The notes beneath the pieces were generated by a model. That model was given only the letters and a program-made list of their open reading frames with translations, was not told the origin of the DNA and did no database searches. Positions 18,430 to 29,187 of a stretch of 64,000 bases of DNA are shown here, in pieces. Each line of letters starts with the position of its first letter. The first letter of the stretch is position 1. The position numbers were made by a program, and so were the translations under genes. Source of the stretch: an uncultured Collinsella sp. (GTDB lineage Bacteria; Actinomycetota; Coriobacteriia; Coriobacteriales; Coriobacteriaceae); assembly GCA_958420165.1 (NCBI GenBank), contig CATZIU010000004.1, positions 6,591 through 70,590 of the forward strand, written 5' to 3'.

Positions 18430-20481
18430 ATGCAGGAGGCATGGGAAGGCTTCAAGGAAGGCATTTGGACGGGGGAGGTTGACGTCCGAGACTTCATCCA
18501 GAAGAACTACACCCCTTACGAGGGCGACGAGTCGTTCCTCGTAGGTCCGACCGAGCGTACCAAGGAGCTGTGGGGCGAGGTTCTCGACCTGCTGCTTAAG
18601 GAGCGCGAGCAGGGTGGTGTCCTCGATATGGACACCAAGACCGTCACGGGTATCGTGAGCCACCCCGCTGGCTACATCGATAACGCCCACCGCGAGAAGG
18701 AGACCATCGTCGGCCTCCAGACCGACAAGCCGCTCAAGCGCGCTCTGCACGTCAACGGCGGTATCCGCATCGCTTGCCAGGCCGCCAGCCAGCACGGCTA
18801 CAAGGTCGACGAGAACGTTGTCGAGCGCTACACCTTCGAGCGCAAGACCCACAACGCCGGCGTCTTCGATGTTTACACCCCCGAGATGCGTGCTTGCCGC
18901 TCGGCTCACATCATCACCGGTCTGCCCGATGGCTATGGCCGCGGCCGCATCATCGGCGACTACCGTCGTGTCGCCCTGTACGGTGTCGACTACCTGATTA
19001 AGGACAAGGAGGCCCAGAAGGCTTCCACCCCGACGGTCATGACCGCCGACAACATCCGCGATCGCGAGGAGCTGCAGGAGCAGATCCGCGCCCTCGGCGA
19101 GCTCAAGATGATGGCCGAGACCTATGGTTTCGATATTTCCAACCCTGCTACCAACACGCAGGAGGCCATCCAGTGGATGTACTTCGCCTACCTTGCTGCC
19201 GTCAAGGAGCAGAACGGCGCCGCTATGTCCATCGGCCGTACCTCTACGTTCATCGACATCTATGCTGAGCGCGACCTTGCCAACGGTACCTTCACCGAGG
19301 AGCAGATCCAGGAGTTCGTGGATCACTTCATCATGAAGCTCCGCATGGTCAAGTTTGCCCGTACCCCCGAGTACCAGGCCCTGTTCACCGGCGACCCGCA
19401 GTGGGTCACCGAGTCCATCGGCGGCATGGGTGTTGACGGCCGTACGCTCGTTACCAAGATGAGCTACCGCTATCTGCACACGCTCGAGAACATGGGTACC
19501 AGCCCCGAGCCCAACATGACCGTTCTGTGGTCGACCCGTCTGCCCGAGAACTTCAAGAAGTTCTGCGCCAAGACTTCTGTCGCCAGCTCCTCGATCCAGT
19601 ACGAGAACGACGACCTCATGCGCGTTTACCACGGCGACGACTACGGCATCGCCTGCTGCGTGTCCTCCATGCGCATCGGCAAGGAGATGCAGTTCTTCGG
19701 CGCCCGCGCCAACCTGGCCAAGTGCCTGCTGTACGCACTCAACGGCGGTGTTGACGAGGTCTCCAAGAAGCAGGTCGGCCCCAAGTATCGCGCCGTCGAG
19801 GGCGATACGCTCGATTACGACGACGTTGTGGCCAAGTACAACGACATGATGAAGTGGCTCGCTGGCGTGTACGTCAACTCGCTGAACATCATCCACTACA
19901 TGCACGATAAGTACTGCTACGAGCGCATTCAGATGGCTCTGCACGACAAGCACGTGCACCGCTGGTTCGCTACGGGCATCGCTGGCCTTTCCGTCGTGGC
20001 TGACTCCCTGTCCGCCATCAAGTACGCCAAGGTCCACCCCGTCCGTGACGAGAACGGCATCATCGTCGACTTCGAGACCGAGGGCGAGTTCCCCAAGTAC
20101 GGTAACGACGACGACCGCGTCGACCAGATCGCTCACGACGTTGTGCACCAGTTCATGGAGTACATCCGCATGAACGACACCTACCGCAACTCCGTGCCCA
20201 CGACCTCGGTTCTGACCATTACCTCCAACGTCGTGTACGGTAAGAAGACCGGCTCCACGCCCGACGGCCGCAAGGCTGGCCAGCCGTTCGCCCCGGGTGC
20301 TAACCCCATGCACAAGCGCGATAGCCACGGCGCCATCGCTTCGCTGTCTTCGGTTTCCAAGCTCCCGTTCCGCGATGCTCAGGACGGCATCTCCAACACC
20401 TTCTCCATCATCCCGAGTGCGCTCGGCAAGGAGGACCAGGTGTTCTTTGGCGATATCGACCTTGATCAGCTGGGCGAGTAA
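18430..20481 (+). CDS. pflB: Pyruvate formate-lyase catalytic core, lacking the C-terminal glycyl-radical domain
   Basis: [30 protein letters not shown], active-site IACCVS and PFAPGANPM. Ends at ...[22 protein letters not shown] with no RVSGY motif. Confidence 0.93.
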   Translation: MQEAWEGFKEGIWTGEVDVRDFIQKNYTPYEGDESFLVGPTERTKELWGEVLDLLLKEREQGGVLDMDTKTVTGIVSHPAGYIDNAHREKETIVGLQTDKPLKRALHVNGGIRIACQAASQHGYKVDENVVERYTFERKTHNAGVFDVYTPEMRACRSAHIITGLPDGYGRGRIIGDYRRVALYGVDYLIKDKEAQKASTPTVMTADNIRDREELQEQIRALGELKMMAETYGFDISNPATNTQEAIQWMYFAYLAAVKEQNGAAMSIGRTSTFIDIYAERDLANGTFTEEQIQEFVDHFIMKLRMVKFARTPEYQALFTGDPQWVTESIGGMGVDGRTLVTKMSYRYLHTLENMGTSPEPNMTVLWSTRLPENFKKFCAKTSVASSSIQYENDDLMRVYHGDDYGIACCVSSMRIGKEMQFFGARANLAKCLLYALNGGVDEVSKKQVGPKYRAVEGDTLDYDDVVAKYNDMMKWLAGVYVNSLNIIHYMHDKYCYERIQMALHDKHVHRWFATGIAGLSVVADSLSAIKYAKVHPVRDENGIIVDFETEGEFPKYGNDDDRVDQIAHDVVHQFMEYIRMNDTYRNSVPTTSVLTITSNVVYGKKTGSTPDGRKAGQPFAPGANPMHKRDSHGAIASLSSVSKLPFRDAQDGISNTFSIIPSALGKEDQVFFGDIDLDQLGE

Positions 20482-20566
20482 CTATTGTTAGTGCTATACT
20501 AACAATAACGATTACTGATTAGCGCGCCGGTTTCGGCCGGCGCCTATTAATCGAAGGAGACACATT

Positions 20567-20818
20567 ATGAAGGTTTCTGAAGTTTCCGAGACCCAGGCCG
20601 ATAACCTGGTCCACATGCTCGACGCTTACGCCGAGAAGGGTGGCCACCACCTGAACATCAACGTCTTCAACCGTGAGACGCTGCTCGACGCTCAGGCTCA
20701 CCCCGAGAAGTATCCGCAGCTGACCATCCGCGTTTCCGGCTATGCCGTGAACTTCCACACGCTCACCAAGGAGCAGCAGGACGAGGTCATTGCGCGTACC
20801 TTCCACGACAAGTTCTAA
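20567..20818 (+). CDS. grcA: Autonomous glycyl-radical domain (GrcA-like) completing the split PFL
   Basis: GGHHLNINV...[15 protein letters not shown]; has its own GAAGGAG RBS. Confidence 0.9.
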   Translation: MKVSEVSETQADNLVHMLDAYAEKGGHHLNINVFNRETLLDAQAHPEKYPQLTIRVSGYAVNFHTLTKEQQDEVIARTFHDKF

Positions 20819-20840
20819 AGGGGTTTAACTCCCGCAGGAT

Positions 20841-20970
20841 CGCCGGGCCGCTTTGGGTTACTTTCCAAAACGTCCTCGGACATGCAAAGGGCTCCGCTGC
20901 GCGCTTCGCGCGGCGGAGCCCTTTGCGTCCTGCGGAAATGTTTTGGAAAGTAACCCAAAGCGGCCCGGCG
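20841..20970 (+). repeat. Covarying long-hairpin element, family 1 copy B
   Basis: 30-bp outer stem enclosing CGTCCTC-GGAC-AT...GCGC-TTC-GCGC...GTCC-TGCGGA. Confidence 0.9.
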
Positions 20971-21119
20971 GGGGTCCTGTGTAGTCACCCTTTAGGCGGA
21001 ACTCTCCTAATTATTTGGATGAGTCGTTTACTTACTTGTGCTGTTACCGTCTTCCCGCTGTTGTTGGGGTATGCTTTGTTCGTATGTAAACGTATGACAT
21101 GTTGATGGGGGAGGGTGCT

Positions 21120-22130
21120 ATGGCTCGCGAGGGCGCTCGTTCTAAGGATTCTGCTAAGCCTGGCATCAAGGAAGTTGCAGCGGTGGCGGGGGTTTCGCCT
21201 ACTACGGTATCTCGCGTGCTGAATAATCGCGGCTATATTAGCCAAGAGACCCGCGATAAGGTCCATGCCGCGATGGAGCGCATCAACTATACGCCCAACG
21301 ATATCGCCCGTGCCATGCTCAACGGTCGCCTTAATCTTATCGGTATGATCGTTCCCTTTGTGAGCAGCCCGTTCCATGCTCAGGTTGTGCAGGCGGTCGA
21401 GCGCACGTTGGCGGAAAATGGCTTTAAGATGTTGCTGTGCAACAGCGCCAATCGACCCGATCTTGAGCGTTCCTATATCGACATGCTCCGCCGCAATATG
21501 GTCGACGGCGTCATCGTCAACTCCCTCAATATCGGTGCCGAGGCATATGCCGAGATGGGCTTGAGCCTGGTTGGCATCGACTGCGATCTTGGCGAGGGCT
21601 CTGTCCAGATTGCAAGTGACAGCTATGGCATTGGCGAGCTCGCCACGCGCCGTCTGATTGATGACGGCTGCAGGCGTATCCTGTGCCTGCGCAGCAATAG
21701 CCGCATGCGCATGCCTGCCAATAAGCGTACCGATGCCTACCTCGATGTTGTTGAGCAGGCCGGCTTGTCCGCGCTTGTCCGTGAGGTTGAGTTCGTTAAG
21801 CCCGACGACGAAAAGGGCGCGGTCGTTGCGAAGATCCTCGATGAGAACCCCGATATTGACGGCATCTTTGCGGGAGACGATACGATGGCGGCCATCTGTC
21901 TCAACGTGATGAAGCAGCGCGGCTTGAGCGCTCCAGACGACATTAAGGTCGTGGGCGCGGATGGTGCCCGCCGCACTATGACGTTTATGCCTGACTTAAC
22001 AACCGTACGTCAAGATATCGATCGCATCGGAGAGCTCGCGGCGCAATCCATCATTGCTCTTATTAACGGTGAAAAGCCCGAGTCGAATATCAAGCTTCCC
22101 GTTGAGCTTATCGAGGGCAAAACCGCGTAG
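21120..22130 (+). CDS. LacI-family repressor (ScrR-like)
   Basis: IKEVAAVAGVSPTTVSRVLNNRGYIS is typical of sucrose repressors; precedes the GH32/PTS genes. Confidence 0.9.
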   Translation: MAREGARSKDSAKPGIKEVAAVAGVSPTTVSRVLNNRGYISQETRDKVHAAMERINYTPNDIARAMLNGRLNLIGMIVPFVSSPFHAQVVQAVERTLAENGFKMLLCNSANRPDLERSYIDMLRRNMVDGVIVNSLNIGAEAYAEMGLSLVGIDCDLGEGSVQIASDSYGIGELATRRLIDDGCRRILCLRSNSRMRMPANKRTDAYLDVVEQAGLSALVREVEFVKPDDEKGAVVAKILDENPDIDGIFAGDDTMAAICLNVMKQRGLSAPDDIKVVGADGARRTMTFMPDLTTVRQDIDRIGELAAQSIIALINGEKPESNIKLPVELIEGKTA

Positions 22131-22183
22131 TTCATCCCGTGCCAAAAGAATTCCTCAAACGCCTCTGATGACCGTTCACCGGC

Positions 22184-22268
22184 ATATGTCAACCGTTTGC
22201 CGACGACTGGAACTGCGAAAAGACGTATTGGTGTAAAAACGTTTGACATATGAAAACGATTGACATAT
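22184..22268. promoter_or_regulatory. Clustered ScrR/LacI-type operators upstream of GH32-PTS operon
   Basis: ATGTCAACCGTTTGCC, GTAAAAACGTTTGACAT and TGAAAACGATTGACAT; a similar TGTAAACGTATGACAT lies near 21085 upstream of the regulator. Confidence 0.7.
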
Positions 22269-22313
22269 CTTGCCATTGTACCGAGTTAGTATGTCGTGGA
22301 AAGGAAGTCTCGG

Positions 22314-23696
22314 ATGCACAAGGTGTATTACCAGCCTGAGGGAATTTGGGTAGGCGACATCATGCCGTACGGCGAGGACGGCACGTTCTATCTCTATCAT
22401 CAGCGTGACACGCGTAACCCCGAACCTTTCGGAGAGCCGTTTGGCTGGGCACTCGCTACGACCAAGGATTTCGTCAACTACAAGGACTTTGGCGAGAGCC
22501 TTGAGCGTGGCGGCGACGAGGAAGTCGACCAGTACATTTATGCCGGCACGGTGTTTAAGGTGGGCGACAAGTACCATGCGCTCTACACTGGTTGCAATCG
22601 CGATAAGGTCCGCGCACGTTTGATGAAGCAGGTTCTTCTTCACGCAACGAGCGACGACGCCGTCAAGTGGGAGAAGAACATCGCCGAGACGCTGCTTCCG
22701 CCCCAGGAGGGTTACGATGACCGCAACTGGCGCGATCCCTTTGTGCTTTGGGATGAGGAGAACGAAGAGTACATGCTCATCCTCGGCACGCGTGTGGGCG
22801 AGGACAAGCGTCTGATGACCGGCCGCCTGGTCAAGTTCACCTCCAAGGATCTGACCAACTGGGAGTTCCAGGGCGACTGGTGGAACCCGGGCCTGTACAC
22901 CATGTTTGAGATGCCTGATCTCTTTAAGATGGGCGACTGGTGGTACCTCGTCTTTTCCGAGTACAGCGACGGCAACAAGACCCGTTACCGCATGTCCAAG
23001 TCCATCAACGGTCCTTGGATTACCCCCGCTGACGACTCCTTCGACGGCCGCGCGTACTACGCCGCTCGCACCGCATTCGATGGCGAGCGTCGCGTTCTCT
23101 TTGGTTGGGTTCCTACGCGTGACGAGGGCGGCGACCCCAGCTCTTACCTATGGGGTGGCACCTTTATGCCCCTCGAGATCGTTCAGCGTGCCGACGGAAC
23201 GCTCGGCACCAAGCTCCCCGACAGCATGCTTGGCGCCTTTGGCGAGGCTAAGGCAGTCGAGACCTTTGAGCTTTCCTGCGAGTCGGGCAAGGTCGAGCAG
23301 GTGCTCGCCGCGGATGCCGGCTCCACCTACTTGCTCGATGCCGACATTGAGCTCGGCGGTAACGCTGCCGGCTTCTCGGTCAAGTTCGCCGAGGACGCCG
23401 AGACCGGTCTTGCCTATGAGTTCCGCGCCAACCTGCGCGAGGGCAAGCTCGAGTTCACGCCGGCTCCCCAGTACCCGTGGTTCCAGGTCAACAACATGGG
23501 CCTCGAGCGTCCGTTGTTCTTTAAGGGCGAGGGCACTCACCATGTGCGTCTGGTCGTCGACGACGACATCGCGACCATCTTTGTCGATGATGTTGCGCTC
23601 AACGCTCGCTTCTGCAACAAGCAGGGCCAGGGTGTGGCGCTTACCGTCACCGACGGTGCGCTCAAGTGCGCAAACGCAACGATCGCGTCTCTGTAG
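22314..23696 (+). CDS. GH32-family beta-fructofuranosidase-like protein
   Basis: WVGD (nucleophile variant), WRDP, FEMPDLF and YYAART motifs; no signal peptide. Confidence 0.8.
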   Translation: MHKVYYQPEGIWVGDIMPYGEDGTFYLYHQRDTRNPEPFGEPFGWALATTKDFVNYKDFGESLERGGDEEVDQYIYAGTVFKVGDKYHALYTGCNRDKVRARLMKQVLLHATSDDAVKWEKNIAETLLPPQEGYDDRNWRDPFVLWDEENEEYMLILGTRVGEDKRLMTGRLVKFTSKDLTNWEFQGDWWNPGLYTMFEMPDLFKMGDWWYLVFSEYSDGNKTRYRMSKSINGPWITPADDSFDGRAYYAARTAFDGERRVLFGWVPTRDEGGDPSSYLWGGTFMPLEIVQRADGTLGTKLPDSMLGAFGEAKAVETFELSCESGKVEQVLAADAGSTYLLDADIELGGNAAGFSVKFAEDAETGLAYEFRANLREGKLEFTPAPQYPWFQVNNMGLERPLFFKGEGTHHVRLVVDDDIATIFVDDVALNARFCNKQGQGVALTVTDGALKCANATIASL

Positions 23697-23741
23697 CGGC
23701 AACGAACCGTTTTATGATTTAGAAAAGGAATGGAGAGGAAC

Positions 23742-25193
23742 ATGGACTACAAGGCAGTGTCCCAGCAAGTCGTCGACAACGTCGGCGGACTGGAGAACAT
23801 CGAGGGCGCCACGCATTGCGTGACCCGTCTGCGTCTGGTGCTCAAGGATACGAGCAAATACAACAAGGCCGAGCTCGAGAACATCGATGGCGTCAAGGGC
23901 GTGCTGTACAACAGCGGCCAGCTCATGATCATCTTTGGTACCGGTACCGTCAACAAGGTTTACGATGAGTTTATGGCTCTGACGGGCGTTAAGGAGATTA
24001 GCGCTTCCGAGGTCAAGGGCGCCGAGGCGGACAAGAAGGGCAAGTTCTTCTCGGTCCTCAAGGTATTCTCGGACATCTTTATCCCCATCATTCCTGCCTT
24101 CGTCGGTGCCGCTATCATCATCGGCCTTAAGTCGCTGATCGTTGCCAACGGCCTCTTTGGCATGGAGGGCAGCCTCGCCGATCACAGCGAGTTCCTCAAG
24201 AACCTCGCAAGCTTCTTTGCCATTATCGCCACCACGTTCGACTACCTGCCTGTCCTGGTTATGTACAGCGCGGTCAAGCGTTTTGGCGGTAACCCGATCC
24301 TGGGCATCCTCGTCGGTATCGTCATGGTTCACCCGAGCCTCATGAACCGCAACACGTTCGTTATGGACCCGACGGGTGCTGAGTACTGGAACTTCGGTCC
24401 GCTATCCATTCCCATGGTTGCTTTCCAGGGCGGTGTGTTCCCCGCAATCCTGACTGCCTGGTTTATGGCTAAGGTCGAAAAGATTGCCCAGAAGTACATC
24501 CCCGAGGTCGTTTCGTTCGTCTTTGTCCCGACCGTTACCCTGATTCTTGCTAACGTTGCCCTGTTCACCGTGTTCGGCCCGCTCGGCAACCTGATCGGTG
24601 ACGTCCTCGCCGGCGTAATCGATATCCTGTACAACAGGATGGGCGTCTTTGGTGCCTTTGTCTTCGCCGCGTTCCTGCAGCCGCTCGTCGTTACCGGTAC
24701 GCATCAGTTCATCCAGGGTATCGAGGCAAACCTTGTTGCCACGACTGGCTTCAACTACATCCAGGCCATCTGGTCGGTTTCCATCATCGCCCAGGGCGGC
24801 GGCGCCATCGGTATGTACCTCATTCACAAGAAGCACTCCAAAGAGCGCAACATCTGCATGTCGTCCTTTATCCCGACGCTGGTCGGAATCTCCGAGCCCG
24901 CTATCTTTGCTGCAAACATGCGCTATTCGATCATTCCGTTCATCTGCGCATGCATCGGTGCAGGCTGCGGCGGTGCCTTCGTCAAGCTCTTTGAGGTGCG
25001 CGCTATCGGTCAGGGTCTGACCGGCGTGCTTGGCCTGCTCATCGTCACGCCCGAGACCCTCGTGTGGTATGTGGCTGGCAATCTCATCGCCTTTATCGTG
25101 CCGATCGTCTTGATCTTTGCCTACAACAAGGCAAAGGGCGTGCCGACCACCGATGAAGAGGGCGCTGGCGCTGGCTTCGACGTTAGCTTCTAG
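23742..25193 (+). CDS. scrA: PTS sucrose/beta-glucoside-family EIIBC
   Basis: HCVTRLRL EIIB cysteine motif; hydrophobic EIIC with GISEPAIF; no EIIA domain. Confidence 0.85.
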   Translation: MDYKAVSQQVVDNVGGLENIEGATHCVTRLRLVLKDTSKYNKAELENIDGVKGVLYNSGQLMIIFGTGTVNKVYDEFMALTGVKEISASEVKGAEADKKGKFFSVLKVFSDIFIPIIPAFVGAAIIIGLKSLIVANGLFGMEGSLADHSEFLKNLASFFAIIATTFDYLPVLVMYSAVKRFGGNPILGILVGIVMVHPSLMNRNTFVMDPTGAEYWNFGPLSIPMVAFQGGVFPAILTAWFMAKVEKIAQKYIPEVVSFVFVPTVTLILANVALFTVFGPLGNLIGDVLAGVIDILYNRMGVFGAFVFAAFLQPLVVTGTHQFIQGIEANLVATTGFNYIQAIWSVSIIAQGGGAIGMYLIHKKHSKERNICMSSFIPTLVGISEPAIFAANMRYSIIPFICACIGAGCGGAFVKLFEVRAIGQGLTGVLGLLIVTPETLVWYVAGNLIAFIVPIVLIFAYNKAKGVPTTDEEGAGAGFDVSF

Positions 25194-25232
25194 TTGAGCC
25201 GTTCAGTGTAATCTGAGGATAAGTCCATTTGA

Positions 25233-25270
25233 GGAAGGGCGTTCGACTCGTGTGAGTCGAGCGTCCTTCC
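25233..25270. other. Intercistronic hairpin
   Basis: GGAAGGGCGTTCGACTC-GTGT-GAGTCGAGCGTCCTTCC with no U-tract. Confidence 0.5.
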
Positions 25271-25294
25271 CCATAGACGAGAAAGTCAACGGCG

Positions 25295-26737
25295 ATGTTA
25301 AATCAAAAAAACAAGGTGACACGCGCGGACTATGAGCAGTGGCGTGTCGGACAGGATGAGACGGCGGCTCGCATCGCGTCCGACCCCGATAGGCTTCTGT
25401 TCCATGTGGAGCCTGAGCTTGGCTGGCTCAACGACCCCAACGGTTTGGTTCAGATTGGTGATACGTATCACATCTATCATCAATACGATCCGTTCGATGC
25501 TGCGCATGGCGGTCCAGTGCTTTGGAACCATCTGACGACAAAGGATTTTGTGACGTACGAGAATCACGGCCCCGTGCTGTTCCCCGATTCCGATTTGGAT
25601 TCGAGCGGAGCGTATTCTGGTTCTGCCTTTGTACGTGATGGCAAGATTCACTACTTCTATACCGGCAACGTCAAGCATTTTGACCGCGATGATTACGACT
25701 ACGTGTTGACGGGCCGTGAGCAAAACCAGATTCATATGGTTGCCGAGAATCCCGACGAATTGGGCGAGAAGCGCATGGCTGTTGGACCAGTCGATTACCC
25801 CGACGATATCGGTACGCACGTGCGCGACCCCAAGATCCTTGAGCACGATGGTATCTACTACATGGTTCTGGGCGCTCGTACGAAAGACGACCGTGGCTGC
25901 GCGCTTGTCTATACTTCGCGTGATTTAGGGGTCTGGAGCTATGCGACGCGCATTGAGCTGGGCGAGAAGTTTGGCTTTATGTGGGAGTGCCCTGATCTGT
26001 TTGAGCTTGATGGCGAGCTTATTCTCGTTTGCTGTCCGCAGGGTGTGCCTGCCGATGGTTGGCGTTACCGCAATCCGCATCAGTGCGTGTGGTTCCCTAT
26101 CGAGGCCGATTGGGAGGCGCCGAGTTTTAAGATCACCGGGCAGGGCATGCCCCCGATGGTCGATGCCGGTTTTGATTTCTATGCTCCGCAGTCCTTTGAG
26201 GATGCTGCAGGCCGGCGTTTGATGATCGGATGGTCGGGTTGCCCCGATGCGACGGCGGAAAACCCGACGGTGGCGCGCGGGTGGCAGTGCGCGTTGACGG
26301 TGCCGCGAGAGCTGAGCATGCGCGATGGTAAGCTCTGCCAGCAGCCGGCGCACGAGATTGAGAGGATGCGCGGCGACTGCGTTCGCGCGACAGGCGGTGA
26401 AACCGTTGAGGAGCCGGGCCGCCTGTTTGATCTTGTGGTTTCCTGCGAGGGCGCCAAGATGGTCGAGCTCGAAATCCGCAAGGGTGTCTTTGTGCGTTAT
26501 ACGGACGGGATGCTTACCCTCGATATGGGTGACGAAGGCTATGGGCGCGACCAGAGGTCGATTGAGCTCGGCGAGCTTCGCGACCTACGCGTGCTTTCGG
26601 ACACTACGATGGTCGAGATTTTTGCCAACGGCGGCGAGGCAGCACTTGCGAGCCGTACCTATTCGCCGGCGGTCTCGGCGATGGGGTTGCATGCCGAGGG
26701 TGCGGCGTCGATGGATTTCTACCGTCTCGCGCATTAA
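25295..26737 (+). CDS. scrB: Sucrose-6-phosphate hydrolase (GH32)
   Basis: GWLNDPNG, YSGSA, RDP, MWECPD and FDFYAPQ motifs. Confidence 0.9.
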   Translation: MLNQKNKVTRADYEQWRVGQDETAARIASDPDRLLFHVEPELGWLNDPNGLVQIGDTYHIYHQYDPFDAAHGGPVLWNHLTTKDFVTYENHGPVLFPDSDLDSSGAYSGSAFVRDGKIHYFYTGNVKHFDRDDYDYVLTGREQNQIHMVAENPDELGEKRMAVGPVDYPDDIGTHVRDPKILEHDGIYYMVLGARTKDDRGCALVYTSRDLGVWSYATRIELGEKFGFMWECPDLFELDGELILVCCPQGVPADGWRYRNPHQCVWFPIEADWEAPSFKITGQGMPPMVDAGFDFYAPQSFEDAAGRRLMIGWSGCPDATAENPTVARGWQCALTVPRELSMRDGKLCQQPAHEIERMRGDCVRATGGETVEEPGRLFDLVVSCEGAKMVELEIRKGVFVRYTDGMLTLDMGDEGYGRDQRSIELGELRDLRVLSDTTMVEIFANGGEAALASRTYSPAVSAMGLHAEGAASMDFYRLAH

Positions 26738-27013
26738 CCGTGCGTGGAACACGATTGGACTTGCTGGGCGGAATGTGTCGCAGTTGCCGCAGCGAACTAC
26801 CGTTTATCGTGTATAGCTGCCGTTTGCGGAGTAAGTAACACATTGTTGCAAACCGTGTAGAATCCTAAATAAGCACGGAGTTTTCCAGGGAGACGCTGTC
26901 CTTTGTTGTGTGCAAGGGGCGGCGTCTTTTTGGCGCTCTGCCGCCGTTGTGCAACAGTGCGGCGGCGCGTGCCATGTATTGAAAAGCCAATGTCGAGATG
27001 GGTCGTGATAATA

Positions 27014-27868
27014 ATGGACAAGTACGTAATCGTGGTTGAGTCTGGGTCGGATGTGACGCCGGAGCTTTGCGAGCGCTACGGCATCGTGCGCGTGCCCATG
27101 CATGTCACGATTGGTGACGAGACCGTCGAGGACGGTTCGATCGATCCGCTCGAGATTTATTCACGCTGCAACGAGTTTGGCGTAATGCCCAAGACCAGTG
27201 GCTGTGCGCCTGCGGATTTTGCGCACGTATATGACCGTATCCATGCCGAGCAGCCCGATGCGACCATTCTGCATCTTGCGTACTCCGAGGCCACGACCTG
27301 CTCGCATCAATCATCGAAGATCGCCGCCAAGGGTCGCGACTACGTCTACTCCATGGACACGCGCTTTGTCTCGGTGGGCCAGTCGCTCGTCGTCGTCGAG
27401 ACCGCCAAATACATCGAGGCTCACCCCGATGCCACCGTCGACGAGATTTTCGCTTTTACGAATTCCGTCATGGACCGTGTGCTTCTGGGTTTTGTTCCTA
27501 CCGACCTAGCCTTCCTTAAGGCGGGCGGTCGTCTGTCCAACGTGGCATTCCTTGGCGCCCACCTGCTCAAGATTAAGCCCTGCATTGAGGTGACGGGCGG
27601 CAAGTTCGTGGCGACCAAGAAGTTCCGCGGCTCTATGCTCAAATGCGCCCGTGCCTTTATTGACCACATGGTTGCGAAGGGCGAGATCGACTACTCGCAC
27701 ATTGGCCTGGCGTATTCGGTGGGCCTTTCCCAGGAGCTGCGCGACGACATGGAGGTCTATGCGCATGACCTGGGCTTTAAGGATATTACCTGGACTCAGG
27801 TTGGCGGCGTCATCTCGAGCCATTGCGGCCCGACCGCCTTCGGCGCGGTGCTCACGCTCAAGGCGTAA
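27014..27868 (+). CDS. DegV-family fatty-acid-binding protein
   Basis: PKTS, LKAGGRLS, LLKIKP and ISSHCGP motifs. Confidence 0.88.
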   Translation: MDKYVIVVESGSDVTPELCERYGIVRVPMHVTIGDETVEDGSIDPLEIYSRCNEFGVMPKTSGCAPADFAHVYDRIHAEQPDATILHLAYSEATTCSHQSSKIAAKGRDYVYSMDTRFVSVGQSLVVVETAKYIEAHPDATVDEIFAFTNSVMDRVLLGFVPTDLAFLKAGGRLSNVAFLGAHLLKIKPCIEVTGGKFVATKKFRGSMLKCARAFIDHMVAKGEIDYSHIGLAYSVGLSQELRDDMEVYAHDLGFKDITWTQVGGVISSHCGPTAFGAVLTLKA

Positions 27869-28033
27869 AGCCTGGCGTCTATCGATTTCTATTGCCTTGA
27901 CGGCGGGCGGGTTGCGACAACCTTCCCGTCGCTTTTGCATGGGGCCAAATAGGACAATCCAATTGACCGCTAAACCGTTTCGCCATCAAGCATATAGGCT
28001 AGAATGACTCTGGCATTTATGTAGCTAAAACCA

Positions 28034-28873
28034 ATGAGAGGCAAGGTAGCGGGAATGGCTGAGATGACGCTCGAGGGTGTGGACGCTCGTCCTGAGGACT
28101 CCGCGTTTGCCCTGGGCCGCGTGCATTCGATTGAGACGATGGGAACGGTCGATGGACCCGGCATCCGCTTTGTGGTGTTTGTTCAGGGCTGCCCCATGCG
28201 CTGTGCGTATTGCCACAACCCCGACACCTGGTCGGTTAACGGCGGCACCATGGTGACCGTCGAGCACCTGATGGACGAGTTCCAGAGCAACCATGAGTTT
28301 TACCGCAGCGGCGGTATTACGGTGTCCGGCGGCGAGCCGCTCCTGCAGCCCGCGTTTTTAGCCGACCTGTTCCGCGCCATGCACAATAACCCCGATGGTC
28401 GCGTGCATACCTGCTTGGATAGCTGCGGCTATGCGTTCGATCCCGCGCATCCCGAGAAGTTCGATGCCGTACTCAACGAGACCGATATGGTGCTGCTCGA
28501 CATTAAACACGCCGATCCCGTCGAGCATAAAAAGCTGACCGGTTGCGATCCCGCACGCATCCTGGCGTTTGGTGATGAGCTCGCGCGTCGCAAGATTAAG
28601 GTTGTTATTCGCCATGTGGTGGTGCCGGGCATTACCGATACGGTTGAGGAGTGCGAGAAGCTCGGTCGTCTGATCGCTCCATGGCACAACGTGGTGGGCC
28701 TGGAAATGCTGCCGTATCACACGATGGGTGTCGTCAAGTACGAGCAATTGGGCATTCCCTATAAGCTCGAGGGCGTTCCACAGATGGATACCACGCGCAT
28801 GCCCGAGCTGCGCAACGCCGTCATGATGGGCATGAAAAAGCGCCGCGCGGAACTCAAAAACGCTATCGGCTAG
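28034..28873 (+). CDS. pflA: Pyruvate formate-lyase activating enzyme (radical SAM)
   Basis: GTVDGPGIRFVVFVQGCPMRCAYCHNPDTW, SGGEPLLQ and LPYH motifs. The real start may be a few codons later. Confidence 0.93.
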   Translation: MRGKVAGMAEMTLEGVDARPEDSAFALGRVHSIETMGTVDGPGIRFVVFVQGCPMRCAYCHNPDTWSVNGGTMVTVEHLMDEFQSNHEFYRSGGITVSGGEPLLQPAFLADLFRAMHNNPDGRVHTCLDSCGYAFDPAHPEKFDAVLNETDMVLLDIKHADPVEHKKLTGCDPARILAFGDELARRKIKVVIRHVVVPGITDTVEECEKLGRLIAPWHNVVGLEMLPYHTMGVVKYEQLGIPYKLEGVPQMDTTRMPELRNAVMMGMKKRRAELKNAIG

Positions 28874-28893
28874 CGAGCCATTCTGCTCCCCAA

Positions 28894-28928
28894 GGGCACT
28901 CATTGGGGACAGACTTAAATGAGTGCCC
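28894..28928 (+). repeat. REP-like palindrome with GGGGACAG loop
   Basis: GGGCACTCATT-GGGGACAGACTTA-AATGAGTGCCC; same loop type as family 3 with a different stem. Confidence 0.6.
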
Positions 28929-28964
28929 CGGGCACCTAGTTGATTGCTAAAGAGCCCCGTCAAA

Positions 28965-29027
28965 TTGCGGTGGAATAGTTCTTGTGTATCGGCTTATGCC
29001 GCCCAAATAGGAACTATTCCGCCGCAA
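28965..29027. repeat. ~65-bp palindrome, family 4 copy 1
   Basis: TTGCGGTGGAATAGTTC...GAACTATTCCGCCGCAA. Confidence 0.8.
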
Positions 29028-29187
29028 CTGCGTTTTGGGTGGAGATGCGCAACAGAATCGGTGTATTTGCATAGAAACGCCTGTGGTTTCTTTAAAGACG
29101 CCTTAAACGCCGCTGAATATCTTTGGAAAGAAATGCCTGCTCGGTATTATGCTGCTCGTATATAAACGGTAGCAGTCAGGAGACCAC

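Noticed and set aside
18370..20328. Long antisense ORFs (e.g. 18370..20328, 13281..15071, 32982..34430, 34663..35889)
   Set aside because: They mirror well-supported genes, as expected from high-GC codon bias, and carry no motifs.
20482..20566. pflB as a frameshifted pseudogene; spacer palindrome as a Rex site
   Set aside because: There is a distinct spacer with its own RBS and intact catalytic motifs in both parts. The TTGTTA..TAACAA spacing is 9 nt, not the 6 nt of an 18-bp Rex box.
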